Assembly (NCBI GenBank): GCA_000092065.1
Contig: CP000587.1
Source: Ostreococcus lucimarinus
Lineage: Eukaryota
Strand: one strand, 5' to 3'
Length of the DNA: 64,000 nt
Position numbers and translations under genes: made by a program. Positions 16,900 through 25,839 of this stretch are shown one piece after another. Position 1 is the first letter of the stretch. Every line of letters begins with the position of its first letter. Under the pieces are notes generated by a model. The model did not search any database, had not been told where the DNA came from, and saw only the letters and a program-made list of their open reading frames with translations.

Positions 16900-18699
16900 A
16901 TGGCGCCGTCGACGCCCGCGGCGCGCGTGCCGACGATGCGCCGCGCGCGCGAGGACGAACCGGTGACGAACCTGTCCGTCGCCGCGCTCGGCGCGCTGTT
17001 TCTCGCGAACATCGCGCTCGTGATCCTGGGCCTGATTCTCATCGTCGTCGGACGACGCGCGGGAGGCGTCGGAAGCGTCTTCGCGCACGGCGGACTGGAC
17101 GATCCGCTGTTTGAGAACCCAGGGACGTCGGCGAGCGTGATCGGGACGCTGCTGTGCGCGCTGGCGAGCTATGGGTTGGCTGGGTTGTATCACCGAAACA
17201 AGACGTACTTGTTGTCGTATCACGTGTTGAGCATATTCATGCTCGTCGGGATCATTTACGCGTGCGCGGTGATGAACATATATAAAAGCGCGAGCGCGGA
17301 CATGGTGAGGAATTATTGGCACACGTTTCAACAGAACACGAACATCACGGGGATCACGCGCGTCGGTCGGCCGACGCGGTTGGACCACGCGGTGTGGATA
17401 ATGCGAGTGGAGGAAGCGCGCGCGGAGGCGAGGTTGTTTTTGAGAACGGTGGCGTCGTGCATGGGGGCGTCGATATTCTTCATTCTCACCGCGCTCGGGT
17501 GTACTGCGTACATTATGGGATTGAAGTACACGGGGGTGTACGTCGGGATAACCACAAACGTGGCGGGCGTGGCGTTCGCGCTGACGCTCTTTGTACTGTG
17601 TTACTACGTCGCCAAGTCTACATACAACGTTCCAGATGCAGTGTCGATGAAATTTGACGTCGCGTTCATGCACGACGTCGGTGTAAGCGTGCCCCCAGAG
17701 GCGACGACTTTGTTCAACACGCTGAGAAAGTCGCCGGATTTAATCTTTCAGACAGCCGATCCATCAAACGGTCGTCGCCGACTGTTGCAGAGCGGCGATA
17801 ACTCGACACAGTCTCCGCCGACGCCGCCATCGCCTTCACCGCCGCCGCCGCCATCGCCTTCACCGCCTCCTCCTCCGGACGCCGACTGGCAGGCGCAGTC
17901 GGTGTGGGTGTTTGAGGAGCGTCACGTGCGAGTCGATAACGTGCAGTACAACTTGACTTTCAAGTTGGCGTTGGCAGGAATCAGTGGCGATGATCTTGAT
18001 GAGTCTTTCAGCGCGTGGGCGGCGAAAAAGATTGCCGATTTCGGTGAAATCACGCCAGACAAGGTTTACGTGTCTGAACTCAAGGCGGGTGCAGAGCACA
18101 AAATTGGTGGCGTCTGGGCGCCGCGATTTCTCGCCGCCACTGCGTTCATTATCGCATTCTTTAACGTCTATGGCCTGGTGGCCATTTACAAGGACGACAG
18201 GTTCTTGATGGCGACGCACTTCTGCTTCTCTTTTACTGGCATCCTGTTGATGATCATCGCGGCGGCGCTCGTGAGCAAACACGCCGATGCGACGTCGCGA
18301 CTCATCAGCAACAACTGGCATTCGATACAGAACAAAGTAATTGGTGCAGGCGTAGAACCTGTCGATGCCGGTGCTTTCGCGCGAGCGCACTTCAAGGCTG
18401 CCGCGGCGCTCGGCATCACCGTCATCGTCTTACAGGTCACGTCCATAGTCGCCACGCTGTTAAACTTTTTCAGCAACGAACCGTCTTACACGCTTCTTAC
18501 GCCGGGAAAAAGCGGCTCTAACAGCAACGGTGCGACGATTGGTAGATTTGCAGGCGTCGAGCTCGATTCCTTCGACGAAGAATACGGCAAGCGAGGCAGC
18601 TTGAGTCAACAACGCGGGCACACTCGACGAGGCAGCGACGGCTTGGTGCCGTTGGGCAATCTCGCCACGCCGCCGAGTAAACACTTTTCGATAGATTGA
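16900..18699 (+). CDS. Multi-pass membrane protein with two tetraspanin-like 4-TM modules joined by a Pro/Ser-rich linker
   Basis: The track ORF starts at 16624 but overlaps the P2X start. The first non-overlapping ATG is at 16900 (MAPSTPAARV). Module 1 is LANIALVILGLILIVVG.../VIGTLLCALASYGLAGLY/LLSYHVLSIFMLVGIIY/...ILTALGCTAYIMG...VAGVAFALTLFVLCYY. The linker is SPPTPPSPSPPPPPSPSPPPPP. Module 2 has WAPRFLAATAFIIAFFNVYGLVAIY, FCFSFTGILLMIIAAAL and ITVIVLQVTSIVATLLNFF. Confidence 0.5.
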   Translation: MAPSTPAARVPTMRRAREDEPVTNLSVAALGALFLANIALVILGLILIVVGRRAGGVGSVFAHGGLDDPLFENPGTSASVIGTLLCALASYGLAGLYHRNKTYLLSYHVLSIFMLVGIIYACAVMNIYKSASADMVRNYWHTFQQNTNITGITRVGRPTRLDHAVWIMRVEEARAEARLFLRTVASCMGASIFFILTALGCTAYIMGLKYTGVYVGITTNVAGVAFALTLFVLCYYVAKSTYNVPDAVSMKFDVAFMHDVGVSVPPEATTLFNTLRKSPDLIFQTADPSNGRRRLLQSGDNSTQSPPTPPSPSPPPPPSPSPPPPPDADWQAQSVWVFEERHVRVDNVQYNLTFKLALAGISGDDLDESFSAWAAKKIADFGEITPDKVYVSELKAGAEHKIGGVWAPRFLAATAFIIAFFNVYGLVAIYKDDRFLMATHFCFSFTGILLMIIAAALVSKHADATSRLISNNWHSIQNKVIGAGVEPVDAGAFARAHFKAAAALGITVIVLQVTSIVATLLNFFSNEPSYTLLTPGKSGSNSNGATIGRFAGVELDSFDEEYGKRGSLSQQRGHTRRGSDGLVPLGNLATPPSKHFSID

Positions 18700-18822
18700 A
18701 CGAGACATTCGTCGTGGAATCGGTCGCGCTCACCGCACATGCACATGAATAGCACATAGCCGCGCGCCGCTGCTGTAAAGATTAAACGTCTGGTACAGTA
18801 TAAACTATCATACAGGAGTGCG

Positions 18823-19686
18823 TCACGAATCGCGAACGTACGCGTCGAAACCATCCATCGCGGTGAGACCTCGGACGGCACCTCTATCGTCGAACGGTGT
18901 CCAAGACGCATCGTCGGGCGCGAAGATGCGCACCGTACGCCCGCTGCCATCCACCGCGCTGAAGTTGAACCTCGCTATCGTTCGCGTCATCGCGTCCAAC
19001 GCCTTTCCCGCCGACTTCGGCGACCGGTGCAGCACAGCGGCGTCCTCGAAAACACACAAAACACCACCGCGCGCGTCGATCGGCACGAAATTCCCCTTTC
19101 GCACCGATTTTGACAATATCCCTTGATTCTCAAAATCAACCTCGAAAGTCTCCGTCGTCGATTCCTCGTCCTCGTCGGCGTCCACGAGCGCGTGCTCGAA
19201 CCATTTCCCTCCGCTCGCCTCTTCCTCCTCCTCCTCCGCCGCCAAAATCGCGTGCGCGACGTACGCCCCCGCCATGTACCCATCCCTGTGCCACATCACG
19301 TTCGTCCCTCGATGCGGCGCGAACACCCCCGCGTCGCCCGCCGCCGTCGCCGCCGTCGTCGTCCCGAAGAGCGCTCGAAAGATCCTCTCGTGGATGAACG
19401 TCTCCAGCGCCGCGCGCGCCTCCGCGCGCTCGCCCGCGCGCGGCGTCATCGCGCACCCCTCGGCGTTCGCCGTCCACGCGCGCGGCGTCCCCATCGTCGC
19501 GCGCAGCGCGTCGAACGCCTCTCTCTCTCTCTCGCGCGCGCCCGTCCCTCGCGCGCGCACGCGCGCGAGCGGCGGCGCGCGCGTCGAGCGGCGGCGCCTG
19601 TAGCACACCACGTCGACCCCATCGCTCGTCGCGCGCGCGCACGCGTCGACGTCGTCGCCGAACGCCGCGCGCGTCGTCGTCGGCAT
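18823..19686 (-). CDS. Hypothetical protein, C-terminal region weakly resembling class-II glutamine amidotransferase-like (YafJ-type) fold
   Basis: Only the 3' ~860 nt of track ORF 18823..20499 look real. The 5' part is antisense to the RluA-PPR gene. NVMWHRDGYMAGAY and FEVDFENQG resemble YafJ NMLLSDGRYVMAY and VEIDFSSQ. No N-terminal Met-Cys is present, so a 5' exon may be missing. The ATG at 19686 lies only 25 bp from the divergent gene start. Confidence 0.3.
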   Translation of the reverse strand: MPTTTRAAFGDDVDACARATSDGVDVVCYRRRRSTRAPPLARVRARGTGAREREREAFDALRATMGTPRAWTANAEGCAMTPRAGERAEARAALETFIHERIFRALFGTTTAATAAGDAGVFAPHRGTNVMWHRDGYMAGAYVAHAILAAEEEEEEASGGKWFEHALVDADEDEESTTETFEVDFENQGILSKSVRKGNFVPIDARGGVLCVFEDAAVLHRSPKSAGKALDAMTRTIARFNFSAVDGSGRTVRIFAPDDASWTPFDDRGAVRGLTAMDGFDAYVRDS

Positions 19687-19711
19687 CGAGTTCGTTACAG
19701 CGCGTCGCGCG

Positions 19712-21025
19712 ATGCCGCGCGCGGCGGCGCTCGCGCGCGCGCGCGCGTCGTCGACCGTCGCGACGGACGCGCGACGTAGGCGTCGAGCGCTTCGACGCGC
19801 GTCGCGCGCGCCGTCGCGCGTCGACGACGACGCGGACGCGTTCGCGACGCTCGACGACGCGCGACGACGCGACGAAGCGCTCGACGCGTACGTCGCGCGC
19901 GTCGTCGAGGCGCGCGCGCCGCGCGCGAGCGACGTCGGAGCGATGATCGTCGCGAGCGCGAGGGCCGGGATCGAGCGCGGACGGGCGAGGCGGGGCGAGG
20001 CGGTGAGCCGCGAGGCGAGGATGGCGGCGGCGAAGGCGCGAGGCGACGCGGCGACGGCGTTCAACGCGGCGATCTCGGCGTATAATCGCATGGGAATGTC
20101 GGAATCGTGCGTGGCGTTGATGGAAATGATGCGCGATGCGCTCGACGTGGCGCCGGACGTGGTGACGTACGCGCTGTGCGCGAGCGCGTTGACGAGGGAG
20201 GGGAGACTTCGCGACGCGGAGGCGACGCTCGAGCGCGCCTCGGAAGCGTTGCGAAGAGGAACGCGGCCAAATAGGAAACAGAAGAAACGCGCGAAGAATG
20301 ATGATGAATGGTCGATGGTCGTGTTGAGAGATAGCGACGGGATCGCGGCCGTTGTTAAGCCGGCGGGCGTGCTGACGCATCCCGTCGAAGGCGGCGGGAG
20401 TGAGCTCACGCTCATGGACGCCGCGCTCTCGCGCTTTGACGGACAGCTGAGCGATTTAAACGGCTTGGATAAGCGCGGAATTGTGAGTAGATTAGACAAA
20501 CCGACGTCTGGGGTGGTGTTGCTGGCGAAAAATAACGCCTCTCACGCCGAACTCTTGACGCAATTCTATCAGCGGTGTGTGGTGAAACAGTACTGTGCTT
20601 TGCTCGACGGGACGCTCCCCGCCTCCGGCTCGGAGAGCACCCCGCTCGACGGAAGATCGGCGACGAGTGAGTACGAAGTGATGGAAACGTTCATCGGACC
20701 GTCGTGGTCATATTCTCTCGTGCGCGTCGAGCCCAAGAGCGGTCGAAAACATCAGATACGGCGGCACATGGCTTTGCTCGGTGCGCCGCTCGTCGGCGAT
20801 CCGCTGTACAGGACTGCTCGCACGAAGCAGATCAATCCGAACCCGCCCGAGTGTGTGTTGAAGGCGCTGTCGGTGGGAAAACCCGGAACGATATTCTGGC
20901 TTCACGCCAGTGCCGTAGAATATAGCGGTATGCCAAACGGAGAGCGAATTGTCGTCTCCGCACCGTTGCCGAGCGCGTTTGAGACGCTCCTGGCGAGTCT
21001 TCGCGCTGGCGCGCGAGACGAGTAG
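19712..21025 (+). CDS. RluA-family pseudouridine synthase with N-terminal PPR-like repeats (organellar)
   Basis: RluA motifs are present: SRLDKPTSGVVLLAKN, KQYCALLDG, GRKHQIRRHMALLGAPLVGDPLY. Upstream PPR-like helices are FNAAISAYNRMGMSESCVALMEMM and VVTYALCASALTREGRLRDAEATL. The N-terminus is R/A-rich and presequence-like. Confidence 0.75.
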   Translation: MPRAAALARARASSTVATDARRRRRALRRASRAPSRVDDDADAFATLDDARRRDEALDAYVARVVEARAPRASDVGAMIVASARAGIERGRARRGEAVSREARMAAAKARGDAATAFNAAISAYNRMGMSESCVALMEMMRDALDVAPDVVTYALCASALTREGRLRDAEATLERASEALRRGTRPNRKQKKRAKNDDEWSMVVLRDSDGIAAVVKPAGVLTHPVEGGGSELTLMDAALSRFDGQLSDLNGLDKRGIVSRLDKPTSGVVLLAKNNASHAELLTQFYQRCVVKQYCALLDGTLPASGSESTPLDGRSATSEYEVMETFIGPSWSYSLVRVEPKSGRKHQIRRHMALLGAPLVGDPLYRTARTKQINPNPPECVLKALSVGKPGTIFWLHASAVEYSGMPNGERIVVSAPLPSAFETLLASLRAGARDE

Positions 21026-21122
21026 GATAGATTTTGGAAAACGAATCAGATTATATTAACGGTGTAATTGTTGACCTCACTGCGACGAGTTAAGCCTCTA
21101 GTTTTGTTCTATCGCGCGTTGC

Positions 21123-23131
21123 TTAGTTGCCGTAGCCCGAGTTGTCCATCGGCGAACCGCCAGCTGCGGGCTCTTCATCCTCCGGGATTTCGCACACCAC
21201 CACGTCGGAAGTAAGGAAGATCTTCGCGACGGAGCAAGCGTTCTCCAAAGAGCAACGAATGACCTTGGTCGGATCGAGCACACCACCCTTCATGAGATCC
21301 TCATACTCCCCAGTCGCCGCGTTGTAACCAAAGTTCGGGTCCTTAGAGGACATGACTTTCTCGCACGCGACGGAACCGTTCACACCGGCGTTGTGCGCGA
21401 CGAGACGGATCGGGTAGGACAAAGCACGCTTGATGATGTCCGCACCGACTCGTTGCTCGTCGTTCTCCAAGGTTGCCTTGATTTCATCGACAGCCGCCGC
21501 AAGCTTCAAGAAGGTGCAACCACCGCCAATGACGATGCCTTCTTCGACGGCGGATTTCGTGGCGTTCAACGCATCCTCGACACGAAGTTTCTTCTCCTTG
21601 AGCTCAGTCTCAGTTTGAGCACCGACTTGGATAATGGCAACACCACCCGAAAGACGCGCCGCACGTTCGTTGAGCTTCTCCTTCTCGTAGTCTGCTTCGG
21701 TGGCTTCGACGAGGCGGTTAATTTGTTTGACGCGAGCAGCCACTTCGGCGGCGGTGTCGCCGGCGCCAACAATGGTGGTAGACTCCTTGCCGAGTTCGAC
21801 GCGCGCGGCGTTACCGAGCACTTCGACGCCGCACTTGTCCAAGCTCAAGCCGAGCTCTTCCTTGACGACGGTACCACCGGTGAGGATGGCGATATCTTCA
21901 AGGTATTGGCTCTTACGCTCGCCGAAACCTGGCGCCTTGATGGCGGTGATCTTGAGCGAACCGCGAAGTTTGTTCACGACGAGCGTCGCGAGGGCTTCTT
22001 GTTCGATGTCTTCGGCGATGATCATGAGCGGGAAACCTTGCTGAATTGCGGCTTCAAGGATGCCAATCATGTCGCGAGCAGTGCTAATCTTCTTGTCAAC
22101 GAGCAGCAACTTACATTGATCGTACACGCACGTCATGCGCTCGGGATCCGTGACGAAGTACGGAGAGATGTAACCGCGATCGAATTGCATCCCTTCGACG
22201 ACGATCAGGTTGTTGTCGACGGATCGCGCCTCCTCGAGAGAGATCACACCCTTGCGACCAACCTTGGCCATGGCGGCGGCGATCATTTCACCAACTTCCA
22301 TGTTACCGCCGGCGGAGATGGAGGCAACCTTCGCAAGTTCCTCGTCGGCGACGTCCTTGGAGAGCCCTTTAAGAACTTCAACGAGCGCCTTAACCGTCTT
22401 GTCCATACCGCGCGTGAGCTGCACGGGGTTAGTACCAGCCATGACAATCTTCATACCCTCCGCAATCATCGCCGCAGAGAGCACGGTGGCCGTCGTGGTG
22501 CCGTCGCCTGCTTGGTCGTTCGTCTTTTGCGACGCTTGTCTCACGAGCTTCGCACCGACGTTTTCAACCGGGTCTTCGAGGTCAACCTCCTTGGCCACGG
22601 TCACACCATCGTTCACAATCTTCGGAGAACCGAACTTGGACTCCAAAACGACGTTACGACCCTTCGGTCCGAGCGTCACGCCCACGACGCTCGCGAGTTT
22701 ATCGACGCCCTTTTGCATCTTCTTCAACGCCGACCCGTCGTTTTTGTTGAAGTACAAATTCTTCGCCGCGGCAACCACGCTCAACGGCGCGCGCGTTCGC
22801 GCGCCACCAGCGCGTCGCACATTGACGGCGATCGTTTTACCTACGCATTCATACGATTCACGGCGTCGTCATCGTCAGTCTCTCGCGCCTTCGCCTTTGC
22901 GCGCGCGTCCCGCAGTCCAAACCTTCTCCAGGCGATAGAATCATCCTTCGAATGCTTCCAATCGTCGCCCTCGCGTCTGATCCTTCGCCGCGCCGCGCAT
23001 CCGACGCCCTCAAATCATGAAGTTACTCATCACGTTCCATTCGCATCGCATCGCGTCGCGCGGGTCGGTCGCAACGCACCGTCAGCGACGCGCGTTCGCG
23101 CGGAAAAAGTGGCGGCCGTGGCGCTGCGCAT
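21123..23131 (-). CDS. CPN60B: Chloroplast chaperonin 60 beta subunit (Cpn60-beta / RuBisCO large-subunit-binding protein beta), 2 exons
   Basis: Exon 2 21123..22840 encodes the GroEL fold ([42 protein letters not shown]). The track ORF begins with GTG at 22820, and the frame is closed by TGA upstream. Exon 1 23080..23131 (ATG cat at 23129-31) encodes [17 protein letters not shown]. Intron 22841..23079 (239 nt) has donor G|GTGCGT, branch GAGACTGACGA ~40 nt upstream of acceptor GCGTAG. The spliced N-terminus [30 protein letters not shown]...[10 protein letters not shown] resembles plant CPN60B transit peptide ..VVLRRSRRPKISAAAKELHFNK. Confidence 0.9.
22841..23079 (-). other. Intron in Cpn60-beta gene separating transit-peptide exon from chaperonin exon
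   Basis: Minus-strand donor G|GTGCGTTGC (23079 downward), branch GCGAGAGACTGACGATG ~40 nt before the acceptor, acceptor ATGCGTAG|GT at 22841. Splicing restores an ATG-initiated transit peptide. Confidence 0.75.
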
Positions 23132-23588
23132 CGAAAAACGCAGCCGCGCGTCGTCGTCAGTCCTCGCTCGCGTCACGAATCGTCACGAATCGGTCGTGAA
23201 AATATTTATTCATCGATCGTTTGTCCTCGCCTTCGTCGCGCGCGCGTCGTCGCGTCGCGCGCGCCGCGTCCCGCGCCCGCGAGGGATGTCGCCGCCAGGG
23301 TCGGGCGGGCGTCGTCATCGCGTCACGCGACGCGTCTCCGACCTCCGCCCGGCGTCGTGGCGCGGCGCATTCGCGAGAAAGAATATCTTTTCGTGCGTGT
23401 ATGCGTACCTCATCGTCGTCGTGGCGAACATCGTCGTGTGCGTCGTCGATGAATGGCGACGCGATGGGGCGCCCTTCGCGAAAACCTTAACTTGAAATAA
23501 AAATGGGTTCGGACATTTGAGACGTATTTAAGAAGTGGTATCACGTGGCCATGGGCGACGGGATCGACACGGCGCGCGCGAGGCGCGG

Positions 23589-25763
23589 CTACGGACGCGC
23601 GGTGGCGAGGACGTCGTCGTCGATCTCTCCTGTCAACACGCGATGGATGTGACGCTCTTTCTCGCGACCGAGCTCGGCGAGTGGGGAATCGGGGATGGAC
23701 CAGATGCGGACGGCGCCGTCGGCGGAGGCGGAGACGAGCGCGCGGGCGTCGGGAGCGAAGGCGACGGCGACAACGCGGGCGCAGTGGCGAGGGGTGATGG
23801 CCGTGAGGTCGCCGGATTCGTAATCGAATACCTTTACGATGCGGTCGGTACCGGCGATGGCGATGGAGGCACCGTGGGGGTGGGCGATGGAGAGAGTCGC
23901 GAGCTCGGCGTCGGCGGGATCGTCGACGACGCGAAGCGTGGAGGCGTCCGCGGGGTCCCACCAGGTTATCTTGCGGTCGGTTCCCGTGGTAACGATTTGT
24001 TTCTCGTCGGGATGTACGCCTATGGCTTTAAAGTACGTCGAACCGAAGAAAGAGACTTGGCGCGTGCGGCGAAGGATGTCCCAGACGACGCACGAGCCGT
24101 CGTCAGAGGCGGTGACGGCGGAGGCGTCGTCGTTGAACAGGGCAATGTCGTTCACGGACGATCGGTGTTCTTTCATGGACGCCTCGAGCGTGATGATGCT
24201 GCCGTTAATCACGTTCCACAGTCGCACATTACCCTCTGAACCACCACTGATGATTCCAGAAGAGTCTTTCATCCCTCGCAGCGCGGTCACTTTATCGTGC
24301 GCGTTGGCGGCGACGAAGAACAACTCGCCAGTCTCGCGATCGTGCGCTCGAATCTTCCCATCGTCCCAGCCGCTGAGCAAGGTATCGCCATCGGGCATGA
24401 AGCTCACGCACAAACATTTCGACGTGCAAGGTTTGACGTCAATCTTCAGCAACAGTTTTGCCGTATCGGTTGCCCACACGCGAACCTCCGAGCCGCCGCC
24501 CGTGGCAAAGTATTGGCTTTGCTTTCGAGGGAAAGCCACGCTCGTGATCCCGAACGCGTGCGAAGACTGTTCGCAGATAATTTCGGGAAGAATCAAGCAC
24601 TTGGATGTCAAGGGATGTTGGGCACAGTATTCCAAGCGCAGCACCTCTCCGCTCGAAGTGCCGCAATAGACGTCAAACGTCTGCGAAGCGTCGCGGTAAC
24701 ATTCAGCACCTATATATCCATTCCTCAAACTCAGGAGAGCTTCGTGCACGTACTTGCGCTTCGCGTAGTCACTCTTGCACTTTTTTGGATACTCCAAGCC
24801 TTTGACATTGGATTGAGGCGACCTCGCGACGGCTACACTCGTCACCGCCCCGTCGCCTACGGTGCGGCAGGCTTCAAATTGAAGTACGCAAGAACCGTCT
24901 TCGCGCCTCATCAGCGACAAACTTCCATCGCCTGCACCCGCGAGCAAACCATTACGTACTATTGTGAGCGAAGAAACGCCTCGCGATATGTACTTTTTCA
25001 GCGTGAAAGACTCTTTGATGACGCGATTGGGAATGGATACGCACAGCACATCCGCGCTCGCCGTTCCCAAATACGCGTACTCGTCGTTCTCATCGACCGC
25101 TATCGATAAGATATCCCTCTTAAGAATACCCAGCTTAATAGGTTCGAGTTGTAGTCGCTTCGTCATAGCGTCGTACTCCCACGCGCTCACGGCTAATTCG
25201 CCAGCGGTCAAGAAGTGCGTGCTAGAATGGCGCAAGAACGCCACCGTTCTGACTTTACCGTCCAAAGGTGCTGGAGAGCCGCAGAGTGCGTTTCCATTAG
25301 AAACATTCCACATGACGACCCTACGATCATTATCACCACCGATACTGGCGAGCGCGCTCTCATCCGTGCTAAACGCCAACGCGACGACTTCTCCGATGTG
25401 CAAGGAGAGGCGCCTCGCGACGGCGTACGTCGTCCCGACGGCCTCGTTGCAAGCTTCCCAGAGTATGATTTCCGCGACGCCACTGGAAATGCTCTCGCCA
25501 GAAGCGATGAAACGACCCGATGAAGACACTGCCAACGCTGTGACTTCTCCGGCGTGACCGTGGAGAAAAGTAATGTGTGACGTTTGGTGTTCCCGCGTGG
25601 GCGCTCCCTCCCTCGCCTTGGAGTCAGTGCGGGGGCGAGAGATGGCTATGGTTGCGCCGAGGGGGTAGACTCGAGACTCGCCGTCGGGATGAAGATGAAA
25701 GCCATTACGCACGGATCCAGCGAAACCGACCGCGGCATCGAGAGTGAGCTCCGGGAGGGACAT
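23589..25763 (-). CDS. CFAP52: Cilia/flagella-associated protein 52 (CFAP52/WDR16), WD40 repeats
   Basis: The N-terminus MSLPELTLDAAVGFAGSVRNGFHLHPDGESRVYPLGATIAI aligns with CFAP52 LELEAVIGFNGHVPTGLKCHPDQEHLIYPLGCTVLI. AEIILWE...SLHIGEVVALAFS...DRRVVMWNVSNGNALCGSPAP aligns with ADIILWD...SLHKGKIEALAFS...VVVWSIAKRDAICGSPAA. All-WD40, intronless, ATG confirmed. Confidence 0.8.
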   Translation of the reverse strand: MSLPELTLDAAVGFAGSVRNGFHLHPDGESRVYPLGATIAISRPRTDSKAREGAPTREHQTSHITFLHGHAGEVTALAVSSSGRFIASGESISSGVAEIILWEACNEAVGTTYAVARRLSLHIGEVVALAFSTDESALASIGGDNDRRVVMWNVSNGNALCGSPAPLDGKVRTVAFLRHSSTHFLTAGELAVSAWEYDAMTKRLQLEPIKLGILKRDILSIAVDENDEYAYLGTASADVLCVSIPNRVIKESFTLKKYISRGVSSLTIVRNGLLAGAGDGSLSLMRREDGSCVLQFEACRTVGDGAVTSVAVARSPQSNVKGLEYPKKCKSDYAKRKYVHEALLSLRNGYIGAECYRDASQTFDVYCGTSSGEVLRLEYCAQHPLTSKCLILPEIICEQSSHAFGITSVAFPRKQSQYFATGGGSEVRVWATDTAKLLLKIDVKPCTSKCLCVSFMPDGDTLLSGWDDGKIRAHDRETGELFFVAANAHDKVTALRGMKDSSGIISGGSEGNVRLWNVINGSIITLEASMKEHRSSVNDIALFNDDASAVTASDDGSCVVWDILRRTRQVSFFGSTYFKAIGVHPDEKQIVTTGTDRKITWWDPADASTLRVVDDPADAELATLSIAHPHGASIAIAGTDRIVKVFDYESGDLTAITPRHCARVVAVAFAPDARALVSASADGAVRIWSIPDSPLAELGREKERHIHRVLTGEIDDDVLATARP

Positions 25764-25839
25764 GTTGTGAGGTAGTCTAATTTTAGCGGTCTGGCGGTGT
25801 GTGTCCTTCGTATGGAAATTGGAAAATCAACAATTCTAA

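Noticed and set aside
22925-22946. Alternative proximal first exon for Cpn60 (ATGATTCTATCGCCTGGAGAAG with donor AG|GTTTGG), also in frame.
   Set aside because: The donor is weak compared with the GTGCGT used elsewhere. The resulting presequence (MILSPGEG...) is too short and not transit-peptide-like, so the distal exon at 23080..23131 is preferred. Not fully excluded.
23543-23548. CACGTG G-box palindrome and a direct repeat cgtcacgaat x2 (23171..23190) upstream of Cpn60.
   Set aside because: Single 6-bp and 10-bp motifs are expected by chance in 64 kb. No supporting context.
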